From positions 1 to 64,000 of the IMG/VR virus record IMGVR_UViG_3300044716_000973: DNA of 64,000 bases, one strand, 5' to 3'. Below, in pieces: positions 33,210 through 44,244 of the stretch (positions within the stretch are counted from its first letter, which is position 1; each line of letters opens with the position of its first letter). The stretch comes from a virus. Made by a program: the position numbers and the translations under genes. The notes beneath the pieces are model-generated. The model searched no databases and had not been told where the DNA came from. It worked only from the letters and a program-made list of their open reading frames with translations.

Positions 33210-34480
33210 TGACAATTGTTGTTGATCTGCCAAAGATTCCAAAGTTACAATGCTCACCCGATGGTAAATTGAGCCAGAAAGACTTAGATGCTTATTTTAA
33301 AAACATTGGTAGAACCATAGGTCGACTTGAATTATCTGTTGTTGGCTTAGATTTAGATGATGAATGTTCATTAGCAGTTATTGCTGCTATTGTTGCAATT
33401 GATGCTGCAACAAAGCCACTTGAAGAGATAACAACAACACCATTAGATAAGTTGAAATCAAAAGAACTTGAGTTTCGTTATCGAGCTCGTGAACTTGGTA
33501 AAGACATTGAAGAATACTTTCAAAAGAAAGTTACTGAAATATTACTTGATCTAATTGAATTGTTAGGAATACCGAATCCATTTGAAGTGCCAATTCCATT
33601 TCTTGGTACAGCAACACTCTTAGATGATAAAGGTAATCCATACAAATACGATCCAGTGATTGTGGATTTGTTTACAAAAGAAGGCCAAAGAAAAGTAAAG
33701 CTTGCTGCCAAGGAAGACATTGAAAAAGTAAACAAGTTCCTTGGTATCGAATCGACATATAATGGTGATCTAGGAATCAAATCACCAGACCTTGAAGCTG
33801 AAGAAACTTGGCACAAAATAAAGAATTGGTTCAACAATCTTATTAATGACTTTATTGGATCTGTAGCTAATGCAATTGCAAAAGCAGTGAAAGCCATTCC
33901 AATCATTGGTAAGCCAATTTATGATTTGATTACAGCTGCAACAGATCCTACTATTACTGTTGAACAGGCTTTCGATAAACTGGTTGCTGAATACAAAGCC
34001 AAGATTAAGAAAGCCAAAGAAGATGTTTTGTCAGGTAAAGCAGTTGAAGACCTCGGCCAAAAAATCTTAGATGAAGCTATCGAAAAGATTCTAGGAATTC
34101 AAATTCCTCTTATTGGCACCGTAGGTGATCTAATAGATGTCAATCCTGATGATCGTGATATTGTGATTAAAGAAGGTATTTTTCATGAGATTGAAGATAA
34201 GGTAAAAGAACTGATTGCTAAGGCTCGTAGATTCTTCAAGGGTGGATTGATCGTTAAGATTAATGATATTATTGCAAAGGCACCTGGTTATATCCTACAG
34301 CAGTTTCCTATTGTTGGTAAGATCTTCAAGATTATTAAAAGAGTTGCTGACATTCTTTCGGGCAAGAATCCTTTGACAGAATGTGAAGTACTCAATATAC
34401 TCTTACCACCAATCTTTAGCTTTGGCAGTTTAATTGAGAACTTGCTTCCAAAGTGCGTAGAAGTCAGATACTTAGAATAA
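33209..34480 (+). CDS. Unknown helical protein between gp5 and gp25
   Basis: 423-aa coupled ORF with IPFLG/IPIIG/IPLIG/FPIVG repeats. Confidence 0.75.
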   Translation: MTIVVDLPKIPKLQCSPDGKLSQKDLDAYFKNIGRTIGRLELSVVGLDLDDECSLAVIAAIVAIDAATKPLEEITTTPLDKLKSKELEFRYRARELGKDIEEYFQKKVTEILLDLIELLGIPNPFEVPIPFLGTATLLDDKGNPYKYDPVIVDLFTKEGQRKVKLAAKEDIEKVNKFLGIESTYNGDLGIKSPDLEAEETWHKIKNWFNNLINDFIGSVANAIAKAVKAIPIIGKPIYDLITAATDPTITVEQAFDKLVAEYKAKIKKAKEDVLSGKAVEDLGQKILDEAIEKILGIQIPLIGTVGDLIDVNPDDRDIVIKEGIFHEIEDKVKELIAKARRFFKGGLIVKINDIIAKAPGYILQQFPIVGKIFKIIKRVADILSGKNPLTECEVLNILLPPIFSFGSLIENLLPKCVEVRYLE

Positions 34481-34483
34481 ATA
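34476..34483 (+). promoter_or_regulatory. Late-type promoter AATAAATA
   Basis: Upstream of gp25; the same motif lies at 49571 upstream of the 702-aa structural gene. Confidence 0.5.
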
Positions 34484-34501
34484 AAACTAAAAGAGAAATA
34501 G

Positions 34502-34939
34502 ATGGTAGATACTGCACGTATTGATAGAATTACACGCACAGATAAAGCTTCTGACAAGAAGCCGTATTATAGTGACTTCTATACAAACTTTAACGCGCAT
34601 CCACAAAACAAGCGTTTGGTAAAGTATACTAATGAAAACTCTGTAAAGAGATCTGTACGTAATTTGATTCTTACAGAGCCAGGAGAAAGACTTTTTCAAC
34701 CGGAAATCGGATGCAAAATCAGACGTTTACTCTTTGAAAACATGTCTGACATTACTGCAATTCAATTAAAAAATGCTATTGAAGAAACAATATCATTATA
34801 TGAAAAGCGTGCAAGAGTAATCACTGTCGAAGTTGTTCCAAACGAAGACCTTTATAACTACGACGTATACATTATTTTTGAAGTAATAAATAGTATTACT
34901 CCTGTTGCCCTCAACATAACTTTAGACAGAGCACGATAA
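34502..34939 (+). CDS. gp25: Baseplate wedge subunit gp25
   Basis: YSDF, SVKRSVRNLILTEPGERLFQPEIG, LLFE, YEKR. Confidence 0.95.
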   Translation: MVDTARIDRITRTDKASDKKPYYSDFYTNFNAHPQNKRLVKYTNENSVKRSVRNLILTEPGERLFQPEIGCKIRRLLFENMSDITAIQLKNAIEETISLYEKRARVITVEVVPNEDLYNYDVYIIFEVINSITPVALNITLDRAR

Positions 34940-36735
34940 TGGCTGCCAATTCAAGTATTACTTTATCACAACTTGATTTTAACGAGTATAAAAACTCGCT
35001 CAAAATGTATCTTACTGAACAAGATGAGTTCAAGGATTATGATTTTGAGGGTAGTAACTTATCCGTTCTGCTCGATGTTCTTGCCTATAATACCTACCAA
35101 AACGCATTCTATCTGAATATGATTGGTAGTGAAATGTTCTTAGACTCTGCTAGGTTACGTGATAGCGTAGTTTCGCACGCCAAAGAATTAAATTATCTTC
35201 CAAGATCGTTTACATCTGCAATTGCTAAAATTCAATTGAAAATTACTCCAACAGATTCAAACAAAAACTCGATTGTTATTCCAAAGGGTACTGCGTTTAT
35301 TTCTCGTGTTGATGATTTCACTTATACGTTCAGCACAAGCGAAAACGTAGTTATTACAAATAAAGTAAATGGTTCTTTCCAAAGTGATACTATCACGATT
35401 TATGAAGGCAACTACCTGAGTGATACTTCAGTTATTAATTACAGCAGCCCGCTCATCTATAGAATTAGTAATAGAAACGTAGATATTTCAAGTGTTACAG
35501 TAACTATACTTGAAGACAATGGTTCAGTCACTCAGGAATATACAAGAGCAACTTCGCTATTTGGACACGATGAAAACTCAAAAGTCTTTTTCTTGCAACC
35601 AGCCATTGGTGACTCTTATGAAGTAGTATTTGGAGATGGTGTTGTTGGTCGTAAACCAAAAAACAATTCAATTGTAATTATTGAATACCGAGTATCAAAT
35701 GGTGAGCTTCCAAACGGTGCATTTAGATTTATCAATGCAGCACGTATTGACAGTGAATCAGATATTATTATTACAACAGTTAGTGCTGCAGCCGATGGTG
35801 CAGTTGCTGAAGATTTGAACTCAATTAAGTTTAATGCTCCAAGAGCTTTTACAACTCAAGAACGTGCAGTCACGGCTGAAGATTATGAGAATCTATTGAA
35901 GGCCAACTATCCAGAGATTAATGCTGTCATAGCATACGGTGGTGAGGATGCAACTCCTCCACAATATGGTCGTATCTTTGTTTCCGTTGATCTGACAGAT
36001 GTTGATGGTCTACCAAAGATTAAGGAAGACGAATATAAGAGATTCCTTCGTTCACGCTCTTCGGTTGCAATGGAACCACTCTTCATTACTCCAGATTATA
36101 CCTATCTTAAAATTGATAGTACTGTTCGTTATAACATCAACAGAACAGGTCTAAATCCTGAAGATCTTCGTACTTATGCAATTGATGCTATTCTAAACTA
36201 TGCATCAACAAATCTAAATAGCTTTGCCAAAACATTTAGATACTCTAAGCTTGTTCAAGCAATTGATGCAACAGACGCCAGCATTATTAGTAATGAAACA
36301 GATATCAATCTAGTAAAATATCTTACTCCACAAATCGGTACTGCTTTAAACTTAACAATAGATTTTAAGTGTCCGCTAACTCATGAAATTCCTCTATTAG
36401 GTGATGAGCATCCTATTATTGACGTACATGGTGTAACATCAACCGCGTTTACATATAATGGAATTCAAAACTGTGTTCTAGAAGATAACGGTGATGGCAT
36501 TATGAGAATTGTAACTCCTACTGGAGCAAACCATAAGAAGATTATCGATATTGGAACTGTTGATTACGACACAGGCGTTGTCAGACTGAATAACTTTAAT
36601 ATTCAAAACTATGTAGGTACATCACTGAAGATCTATGCTGAGCCAAGATCACGCGATATTACTGCCATCCAGAATGTGATATTAAATATCATTGAATCAG
36701 ACGTGAACATCACAATCGAACAGATCAGAGAATAA
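34939..36735 (+). CDS. gp6: Baseplate wedge subunit gp6
   Basis: LDFNEYK, DYDFEGSNLSVLLDVLAYNT, FGDGVVG, QERAVTAEDY. Confidence 0.96.
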   Translation: MAANSSITLSQLDFNEYKNSLKMYLTEQDEFKDYDFEGSNLSVLLDVLAYNTYQNAFYLNMIGSEMFLDSARLRDSVVSHAKELNYLPRSFTSAIAKIQLKITPTDSNKNSIVIPKGTAFISRVDDFTYTFSTSENVVITNKVNGSFQSDTITIYEGNYLSDTSVINYSSPLIYRISNRNVDISSVTVTILEDNGSVTQEYTRATSLFGHDENSKVFFLQPAIGDSYEVVFGDGVVGRKPKNNSIVIIEYRVSNGELPNGAFRFINAARIDSESDIIITTVSAAADGAVAEDLNSIKFNAPRAFTTQERAVTAEDYENLLKANYPEINAVIAYGGEDATPPQYGRIFVSVDLTDVDGLPKIKEDEYKRFLRSRSSVAMEPLFITPDYTYLKIDSTVRYNINRTGLNPEDLRTYAIDAILNYASTNLNSFAKTFRYSKLVQAIDATDASIISNETDINLVKYLTPQIGTALNLTIDFKCPLTHEIPLLGDEHPIIDVHGVTSTAFTYNGIQNCVLEDNGDGIMRIVTPTGANHKKIIDIGTVDYDTGVVRLNNFNIQNYVGTSLKIYAEPRSRDITAIQNVILNIIESDVNITIEQIRE

Positions 36736-39700
36736 TGAAGAAAATAGAAGCAATAATTTCTCCATTTGTTGAGAACCAGTTTCCTTCTTTCTATCAGGAA
36801 GAGGGTCCACAGTTCATTGCTTTTGCCAAAGCATATTTTGAGTGGATGGAGAACAGCGGTTCTTATACGGCGGCCAACGGTGATATTGTAACCCCTTATA
36901 TTGATTCATCTGCAAACATTAGCTATACATCTAATAGCTCAAATAAAGCAATAGGTCCTGCTGCTCTTTACCAAGCACGTAAACTTCCAGACTATCGTGA
37001 TATTGATACAACTGTAGATGAGTTTATTCTACAGTTCAAAGAAAAGTATCTGAAGAACATTCAGTTTGATACTGCCACAAACAAAGAACTTCTAATTAAG
37101 AACTCGCTCGACCTGTATCGTTCAAAGGGTACTGAGCGTTCTATTGACTTGTTCTTCAAATTGGTATATGGTACAGCTGCTGAAGTACGTTATCCAGCTG
37201 ATAACATTCTTCGTGTTTCTGATGGTATTTGGGAAAGACCAGAATATCTAGAAGTTACACACAAGCGCTTTAACGTTGACTATGTCGGTAAGCAAATCAT
37301 TGGTGCTATTTCTGGTGCCAAAGCATTCGTAGAAAAGTTCATTCGTCGTCGTACCTCGGTTGGATACGTAGATATTCTTTATATCTCTGGACGCCAAGGC
37401 GAGTTTACCAATGGTGAATTGCTTGGTCTAAATGTCAATAACAATCCAGTTTATGACAGAACAAAGAGAGCTAAGCTCATTGGTTCTGTTAAGCGTGTAA
37501 TTCTACAAGATCGTAGCCGCGATTTTAAAGTTGGTGATATTGTTACATTCACCGGAACTTCAAACGGTCTCGGTGGTTTAGCTCGAGTTGAGTCTGTCAG
37601 TGAAGCAACTGGTATCGTAGACTTTATCTTTATCGATGGTGGATATGGATACACACTCAATTCAGAATCAATTATCTCTGAAAAAGTAATCACACTTGAT
37701 AGCGTTGTAGTAAATACAAACAGCGACCAATACTTCCGTCTGTTCGAACAGGCAGTTGAACCAATTGTGAATGCCACGTTTACAGGTGCGACTGCAAATC
37801 TAACGATTGGCCAAACACTATCTCGTTACGCATCAAATGGCCAAGTGTCCGGTTCTGGTAAGATTGTCGATATAGATCAGACCGGTTCAAATGGCACGAT
37901 TATGATTTCACACGTCAATGGCGTGTTTACAAATACAGCAACATACTTTACACCCGGCAATGTCATTTCATTCCATGCCAACACCGTTGAAGATAGAACA
38001 ATTGGTGGTAAGGTAATGGGTATACCACAAGTGTACACATTAACTTTAAGAAATCAAAATGGTACGCTTGCTGTAAATCAATCTGTTCTATATAAAAATA
38101 CATCTGCTATTGTAGGCAGAGGAACTATTCAGAGTATTACTGCAGATGGTACTGGTAATACCGTTGTAATCAATAATACGCGCGGAGCATTTCCAATTGG
38201 AGAAAGATTAGAAGTATCTACGGATTCTTCTATCTCTGCTAATGTGACTGCAGTAAGTCTTACTGTTGGTGTATATGATATTAGAAAGTTCATTAGTACA
38301 CTAAAATATTCTACAGCGAATAATAGTGAACTTTTACATAGCAATAGAATCTATCGCTATGACAGTGCCGGAAAGAAGATCGCTGAGGGTCTTCTTCTTA
38401 CTGTCTCTCATGATGCTGGTACTTCATCTGGTAATCTTACCTTTGTTCCAATCAAAGGTTACTTTACTGAAACTGATACATTCTATACTGGTGCAAACAC
38501 AGGTCGTGCTACTGTTGTTACATACACAGTAGCAAATGCCGGTGGTGACTATATTGCTTCTGAGCATGCAAGACTCTTTACACAAACAACTAACACCACA
38601 GCGATTCCACTTACAACAAGTTTTGGTTCCGGTGCACAGTTTAATGTTGGAACTCTTGGTGATACAGAAGACATCTTCATTGGTACAGATCTGATCTCTG
38701 CAAATGGTGTAGGAACACTTGATTACGATCGTGTAACTCTAACAGTCGGATCAAGTTCTGCGTTTGCTGTTGGTGATCGTGTTTATCAAGAAGTAAACAA
38801 AATTGCATTTAATGCAAGTAGCTCTGTAAATGCTACAACTGGAAAAATTACTCTTCCAAGTGCTAGCACACTATTCAACATTGGCGATATTGTACGATAT
38901 CAAGTTGCTGCTGGAAATACTGCACTAAACGGTTTGTATAATGGTGATTACTACTATGTTGCAGCTACTACGGCAACAGACGTAATTCTTTCTCATCCAT
39001 ATCGTAAGTTTGACCAAATCAATTCCACAAACTTCTCTACATTTGCTAATAACAAAGTGGATGAAGCGGGACATTACTTATATAAGTTAGCACATGGAAC
39101 TGTTTTTGAAAAATCAACAGGCGTATTAAGAACTAAAGATAACCACAATTACTTTTCTGTTACTGGCGGAACTGCAGATGTAAGCACACCTGCAAATAGT
39201 AATATTATTAAGTACGGTGCAACATCCACAAATACTACTATTGATACTGTAGCAGTTTACACTACACTTAATCAAGCAAATCAAGTATATTCTGCTTTAC
39301 CAATTGCCGGTGCTGCATTCGGATTTCCAAAGAATCCTCAAGGTGATTCTAAGAATAAGATCTTTACATGTCTGACGTTTGATAAATTCACACTCGGTTC
39401 TATTGGAGCACTTTCAGGCATCGACCCTGGAGCTGGTTACAATGTCGATCCGTATGTTCTTGCTTATCAACCATATATTTCAGCATTTGGTCGTAGAGAT
39501 TTTATTATTAATATTTCCGGTGCAACTGGTGTATATGCAGTTGGAGAAAGAGTAAATCAAACTCTTGCAGATTTAAGGTACTACGATCTAAAAGTAGATA
39601 ATGGTGCTTACAGTGATACGTTTGATGAAAAGGTTGTAACAGTAAATGTTGACGACGAAATCCAGAGTGGAAATGATTTCATTCTGTATGTTTCAAATTC

Positions 39701-41834
39701 TTCTACATTCAATACAACAGATGATGTAAATTCAAATACAGATTTTATTTCTATTACAAATGCAAATGGTACATATCCAGTAAATACATATGTTCGCTAT
39801 TATACTAATAATGGAAACACGGCATTATCTTCTCTTGCTAACAATGCGTTCTATTATGTTGCAATGTCTAACTCGTCTGGCATTACGCTAGCGACTAGTC
39901 AGGGTGGTGCAAATATTAACCTGACTCAGGCTTCGAATGTTGCGACCTTCAACTCAAACACAAACGTTCAAAATAGCAATGATTTTATTACTATTGCAAC
40001 TGCAAATACATTGTTTGCAAATGGCCAACAGGTAAGATACATTACTGGTGCCGGTAATACTGCAGTAACCGGTTTAACAAACAATGCTCTGTATTATGTA
40101 AGATACGCAAACACAACTGGTCTTGCTCTGTCTGAGACTGCTGGCGGCGCGAACGTAAATATTACTGCTCTGGATCCAGGTGGTGCCGGTCATTTCCTAA
40201 GATATTTTAATCCAGCTGCTAATGGACATAACATTGTCAAGTATGCAAATGAGTTTGCAAACAATCAAAGAGTAATATATCGTACGCCTGCAGCAAACAC
40301 GGTTATCGATGGTCTGGCAAATAACACTGCATACTATATTGTCAGTGCAAACACGGTTGGATTCAAACTGTCGGATGCACGTGGCGGAACAGTCAAGGCG
40401 ATCAACGCTGCTTCGGCCTCACTGGAATCACATACATTCTCTACAATTCCTGGATTCCTACCTGGTGATCGTGTGTATCAAAGCACGACTCCGGTAATGA
40501 ATGCCAGTGTACAATCAATCTTCTCAAATACAACTGGCGATTATGTTCGTGTATCTGGTAATACATCAACAATCAATGTAACATCATCAAATACACTGCT
40601 TTCATATTCAAATCCGTATGTTAGTGCAAATGTATCTACTGCAAGCTTGTATCAAATTACATCTACTGCAAAGGGTATTGTCAAGTCAGCCAATACCACT
40701 GCAGTTCGCGTAAAGAGACTCAGTTTTGAAAATACATTTAGACCGGGTTCACCTCCAAGTGTTTCACTTCTGCTTGGTGAATTTTCTGGTGCAGAAGCTC
40801 AAATCACAGGAGTTACTGAAGATTTAGACCTTATCTATCCGATTGGTTTAAATGCTCAGATTGAAGCTAACGTTATTACAGCAAATGGCCAAATTACATC
40901 TCTGCAGGTTGTAGACTCTGGTGTTGGTTATTCGAATAGTGATGTTCTACAATACACTTCAGCAGATGGTGCACGTTCAGGGTCTATTAAAATTGTTGTT
41001 GATGGTCATGGCATCGGTGAAGGATATTATAGAAGTTCAAAAGGCTTCCTATCTGAAGACATGTACATTCATGACGGTGACTACTATCAAGAATACTCGT
41101 ACGAGATTCTGTCGAAGATCTCTGTTGATCGTTATGCCGACATGTTCAAGAAGGTTATGCATACTGCTGGTACTAAGTTCTTTGGTTCGGCACTGGTTGT
41201 CGAGGAAGATTCTATTACAGTTGAACTCTCTGAGATTGCAACCGGTCAAGAAGTGAAGTTCAACTCAGCTAGTGATGTAAGCACGGCAAATGAAACAATT
41301 GATACGGACATTACGCCAAATCCATTTGCAAATGGCGATATTGTAAGATACACAACCGCGTCTGGTAATGTAGCACTGGAAGGAACATTTGGTGGGTTTG
41401 CTTTTACAGCCACCGGTGGTACTTTCATATCTAGATCAAATATTAACACCAGCAATTCTACCGCTTTTATCTATCCTATAGTAATAGATGATTATGTAAG
41501 ATACTTAAATGCCGGCGGTGGTGATCCTGTAGGCGGGTTAATAGACGGAAATTATTACTATGTTGTATTTGCAAACACTAGCGGTTTTAGATTATCATCT
41601 ACTATTAGAGGAACTCCTATAACAGTTACTCCACCTAGTGGATTTGCGGGTGCCCACGTTGTTAATCGATTTAATATTTCCAATGGGGCCAGTTTCTTTG
41701 TTGCTGGAACAAGCGGAAGTACTATTAAACTATCCAGGTTTAGTAACGGTGCGTCTGTGATAAATATAACAGCTAATACAACACCTGATGTAGATACATC
41801 CGGCCATTACTTGACAAAGATCATCGAGGAATAA
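36735..41834 (+). CDS. gp7: Large baseplate wedge protein (gp7-like) with repeated inserted beta domains
   Basis: LYRSKGTERS, SDGIW, DGDYYQEYSYEI, HTAGTKFFG; lies between gp6 and gp8. Confidence 0.8.
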   Translation: MKKIEAIISPFVENQFPSFYQEEGPQFIAFAKAYFEWMENSGSYTAANGDIVTPYIDSSANISYTSNSSNKAIGPAALYQARKLPDYRDIDTTVDEFILQFKEKYLKNIQFDTATNKELLIKNSLDLYRSKGTERSIDLFFKLVYGTAAEVRYPADNILRVSDGIWERPEYLEVTHKRFNVDYVGKQIIGAISGAKAFVEKFIRRRTSVGYVDILYISGRQGEFTNGELLGLNVNNNPVYDRTKRAKLIGSVKRVILQDRSRDFKVGDIVTFTGTSNGLGGLARVESVSEATGIVDFIFIDGGYGYTLNSESIISEKVITLDSVVVNTNSDQYFRLFEQAVEPIVNATFTGATANLTIGQTLSRYASNGQVSGSGKIVDIDQTGSNGTIMISHVNGVFTNTATYFTPGNVISFHANTVEDRTIGGKVMGIPQVYTLTLRNQNGTLAVNQSVLYKNTSAIVGRGTIQSITADGTGNTVVINNTRGAFPIGERLEVSTDSSISANVTAVSLTVGVYDIRKFISTLKYSTANNSELLHSNRIYRYDSAGKKIAEGLLLTVSHDAGTSSGNLTFVPIKGYFTETDTFYTGANTGRATVVTYTVANAGGDYIASEHARLFTQTTNTTAIPLTTSFGSGAQFNVGTLGDTEDIFIGTDLISANGVGTLDYDRVTLTVGSSSAFAVGDRVYQEVNKIAFNASSSVNATTGKITLPSASTLFNIGDIVRYQVAAGNTALNGLYNGDYYYVAATTATDVILSHPYRKFDQINSTNFSTFANNKVDEAGHYLYKLAHGTVFEKSTGVLRTKDNHNYFSVTGGTADVSTPANSNIIKYGATSTNTTIDTVAVYTTLNQANQVYSALPIAGAAFGFPKNPQGDSKNKIFTCLTFDKFTLGSIGALSGIDPGAGYNVDPYVLAYQPYISAFGRRDFIINISGATGVYAVGERVNQTLADLRYYDLKVDNGAYSDTFDEKVVTVNVDDEIQSGNDFILYVSNSSTFNTTDDVNSNTDFISITNANGTYPVNTYVRYYTNNGNTALSSLANNAFYYVAMSNSSGITLATSQGGANINLTQASNVATFNSNTNVQNSNDFITIATANTLFANGQQVRYITGAGNTAVTGLTNNALYYVRYANTTGLALSETAGGANVNITALDPGGAGHFLRYFNPAANGHNIVKYANEFANNQRVIYRTPAANTVIDGLANNTAYYIVSANTVGFKLSDARGGTVKAINAASASLESHTFSTIPGFLPGDRVYQSTTPVMNASVQSIFSNTTGDYVRVSGNTSTINVTSSNTLLSYSNPYVSANVSTASLYQITSTAKGIVKSANTTAVRVKRLSFENTFRPGSPPSVSLLLGEFSGAEAQITGVTEDLDLIYPIGLNAQIEANVITANGQITSLQVVDSGVGYSNSDVLQYTSADGARSGSIKIVVDGHGIGEGYYRSSKGFLSEDMYIHDGDYYQEYSYEILSKISVDRYADMFKKVMHTAGTKFFGSALVVEEDSITVELSEIATGQEVKFNSASDVSTANETIDTDITPNPFANGDIVRYTTASGNVALEGTFGGFAFTATGGTFISRSNINTSNSTAFIYPIVIDDYVRYLNAGGGDPVGGLIDGNYYYVVFANTSGFRLSSTIRGTPITVTPPSGFAGAHVVNRFNISNGASFFVAGTSGSTIKLSRFSNGASVINITANTTPDVDTSGHYLTKIIEE

Positions 41835-44240
41835 ATGTCAGTTACTCAAAAACTTGTAACAACCAATTTTAATGTAGAAAGTGCCGCAAGTTTTGTGAGC
41901 TCTTTTGCAAACAATGATTACTTTGTCTTTGCCGGCAAGCATACTCCGTATCCTGGAAGTGATGCTGTTCTAACCACGCCAAACAATAGCATCAAGTCTA
42001 CAAACATTGATGTTTATAACGATATGATCTTTGCTAAGAGGATTACTTCTAGCGATGTAGCTCATGTTATTCCTAAGTATCTTTGGTCTTCTGGTACTTA
42101 CTACGATAAGTACGATCATACTGATGGTAATTTAGATACAAAGAAATTCTATACGGTTGTAGATGCCGGTACAGAATTTAATGTTTTCAAATGTTTATTC
42201 AATGCTAGTAATAGTACAGTACAAGTAAGTTCTACTGACGCTCCATCTGTAAAATCATTAGAACCATATCCTACTGGTGATGAATATATTTGGAAGTACA
42301 TGTATAGTATTACCAAAGCAGAGTATGAAAAGTTTGCTACAACAAACTATATTCCAGTCATTGCAAATACAACAGTAGAAGCTGCGGCCGTTCCTGGCAC
42401 TATTGAAGTAGTTGATATTATTACACGCGGCAAGGGTTATGATAACTATATTAATAATGGCATTTTTAGAACTACTGACATCAGTGTTGGTGGTAATGAT
42501 GAAATCTACGGTGCACCAGATACTGCTGAAGCAGAAGATGATTATTACGCAGGTTGTGTAATTAAGATTACTGAGTCTTCAGCCGGTGCTGCAAATCAAT
42601 ATCGTCGTATTGTAGATTATCGTGGCCAAGGTGGCCAAAAAATCTTTATTCTAGATTCACCATTTAATCCTGCTCCTGCAGCCGGCGATGAATATGAAGT
42701 TTATCCGTATGTTTACATATGGGGAGATGGAAGTGAAACAACAGCTGCCGAAGGTAGAGCTATTATTGACAGCGCAAGTTCTAATTCAATTGTAGAAATT
42801 GAAATGCTTGCCGTTGGCGCAGGCTATCGCTATGGCGAAGCATATGCAGGAAAAACTACAAACAGTATTCCAGTTACAGTTGATAGCGTGTTTATTGATC
42901 TTCCAGCTTCTGTATCAGGTAGCGCTGGCTTTACTGCGGCAACATTGCAGCCAATTATTTCGCCTATAAATGGTCATGGATCAGATCCAACTACCGAGCT
43001 GGGTGGCAAAAGAGTTTGCATTAGTACTAAGTTTACAAACAGCGAAGGTTCAACTATTCCAGTCGAGAACGATTTCCGTCAAGTAGGTATTATTAAGAAT
43101 CCTTTATACACAAACGTAGATATTATTCTTAAAACTGCAAATACACTTGGTACTGGATTTAGTATTGGTGAAACAGTTCATCAATTTAAGCAATTTAAGC
43201 TTCATGGAAATGTTTCAGTTACATCTGGTAGTACTACGATTAAGAAAACAAATCAAGGTCGTATTTCTACTGCTGTTAGTATTATTAATGGTGGTGAAAG
43301 CTATTCATCAGACGTAGCCGTGACTGTAACTAATCCTCTTTCTGGTGGAAATGGTCTTGCCGTATCTGTTAACTTAACAGGTGGAGTAATTACTAGCGTT
43401 GATGTGTCTAACCAAGGTAATAACTATATTGAATTGCCTACTTTGCAAGTAACTGCTACCACTGGAACCAACGGTCAGTTGGCTGCAGCATTTGCTAATC
43501 CACAAACACCTACGTTTAAAGATAACTTTGTTGCTGGTGATTATGTTCTAGTTACAAGTGGAACCAATCTTTTTCTTTCAAAAGTGGCAGGCGTTCCTCA
43601 GGATTACCAAATTACTACAACAACAAATTCGACATTCACTGGAGATAACTGTGAAGTTTCAGCACTTGTTCTTCAAGCTTCTGGAAAAGTTTCATCTGTA
43701 AGTGCTGGAAGAATTACTCTTTCAAATGTTGCGGGCGTATTCACAGAAAATTCTAGAGTTATTGGTCTTACTTCTAACACGATCAGCGTTATTCAAACAA
43801 CCGCTGGCGCCTCTCCATCGCTTCCAATTGAAGTAAATGATAAAGCGGCTGGAGGATTTAATACTGCTGTTCAACTTACAAGACTAACTGGTACCTTCCC
43901 GACTGGTGGAACAAGTTTCCTTGAAGATGAAGTTATTGAACAAACTAGCTTAATACCATATGCTAAACCACGTGGTGCTTTCCACCATATCGAACTTACA
44001 GATGGGTCTGATAATGATATCATGTTTATTAGTAATAAGTTTGGTATTTACAATTTAGATCCAGGTGGTGTAAGACCTATTAGAGGCGTAACTACTCTTG
44101 CTTCGCTCAATAATCTGACTAATAAATATCCTGGAGACTTTGTTGTCGGCAGTGGCCAGGTTCTATATCTTGAAAATCTAGACCCGATTACTCGAAGCGG
44201 CAACAAATCAGAAATTATAAAGATAATCTTGGAGTTTTAA
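41835..44240 (+). CDS. gp8: Baseplate wedge subunit gp8-like (extended)
   Basis: WSSGTYYDKY, VFKCLFN, YIWKYMY, DFRQVGII, SGQVLYLEN...EIIKIILEF. Confidence 0.88.
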   Translation: MSVTQKLVTTNFNVESAASFVSSFANNDYFVFAGKHTPYPGSDAVLTTPNNSIKSTNIDVYNDMIFAKRITSSDVAHVIPKYLWSSGTYYDKYDHTDGNLDTKKFYTVVDAGTEFNVFKCLFNASNSTVQVSSTDAPSVKSLEPYPTGDEYIWKYMYSITKAEYEKFATTNYIPVIANTTVEAAAVPGTIEVVDIITRGKGYDNYINNGIFRTTDISVGGNDEIYGAPDTAEAEDDYYAGCVIKITESSAGAANQYRRIVDYRGQGGQKIFILDSPFNPAPAAGDEYEVYPYVYIWGDGSETTAAEGRAIIDSASSNSIVEIEMLAVGAGYRYGEAYAGKTTNSIPVTVDSVFIDLPASVSGSAGFTAATLQPIISPINGHGSDPTTELGGKRVCISTKFTNSEGSTIPVENDFRQVGIIKNPLYTNVDIILKTANTLGTGFSIGETVHQFKQFKLHGNVSVTSGSTTIKKTNQGRISTAVSIINGGESYSSDVAVTVTNPLSGGNGLAVSVNLTGGVITSVDVSNQGNNYIELPTLQVTATTGTNGQLAAAFANPQTPTFKDNFVAGDYVLVTSGTNLFLSKVAGVPQDYQITTTTNSTFTGDNCEVSALVLQASGKVSSVSAGRITLSNVAGVFTENSRVIGLTSNTISVIQTTAGASPSLPIEVNDKAAGGFNTAVQLTRLTGTFPTGGTSFLEDEVIEQTSLIPYAKPRGAFHHIELTDGSDNDIMFISNKFGIYNLDPGGVRPIRGVTTLASLNNLTNKYPGDFVVGSGQVLYLENLDPITRSGNKSEIIKIILEF

Positions 44241-44244
44241 TTAA

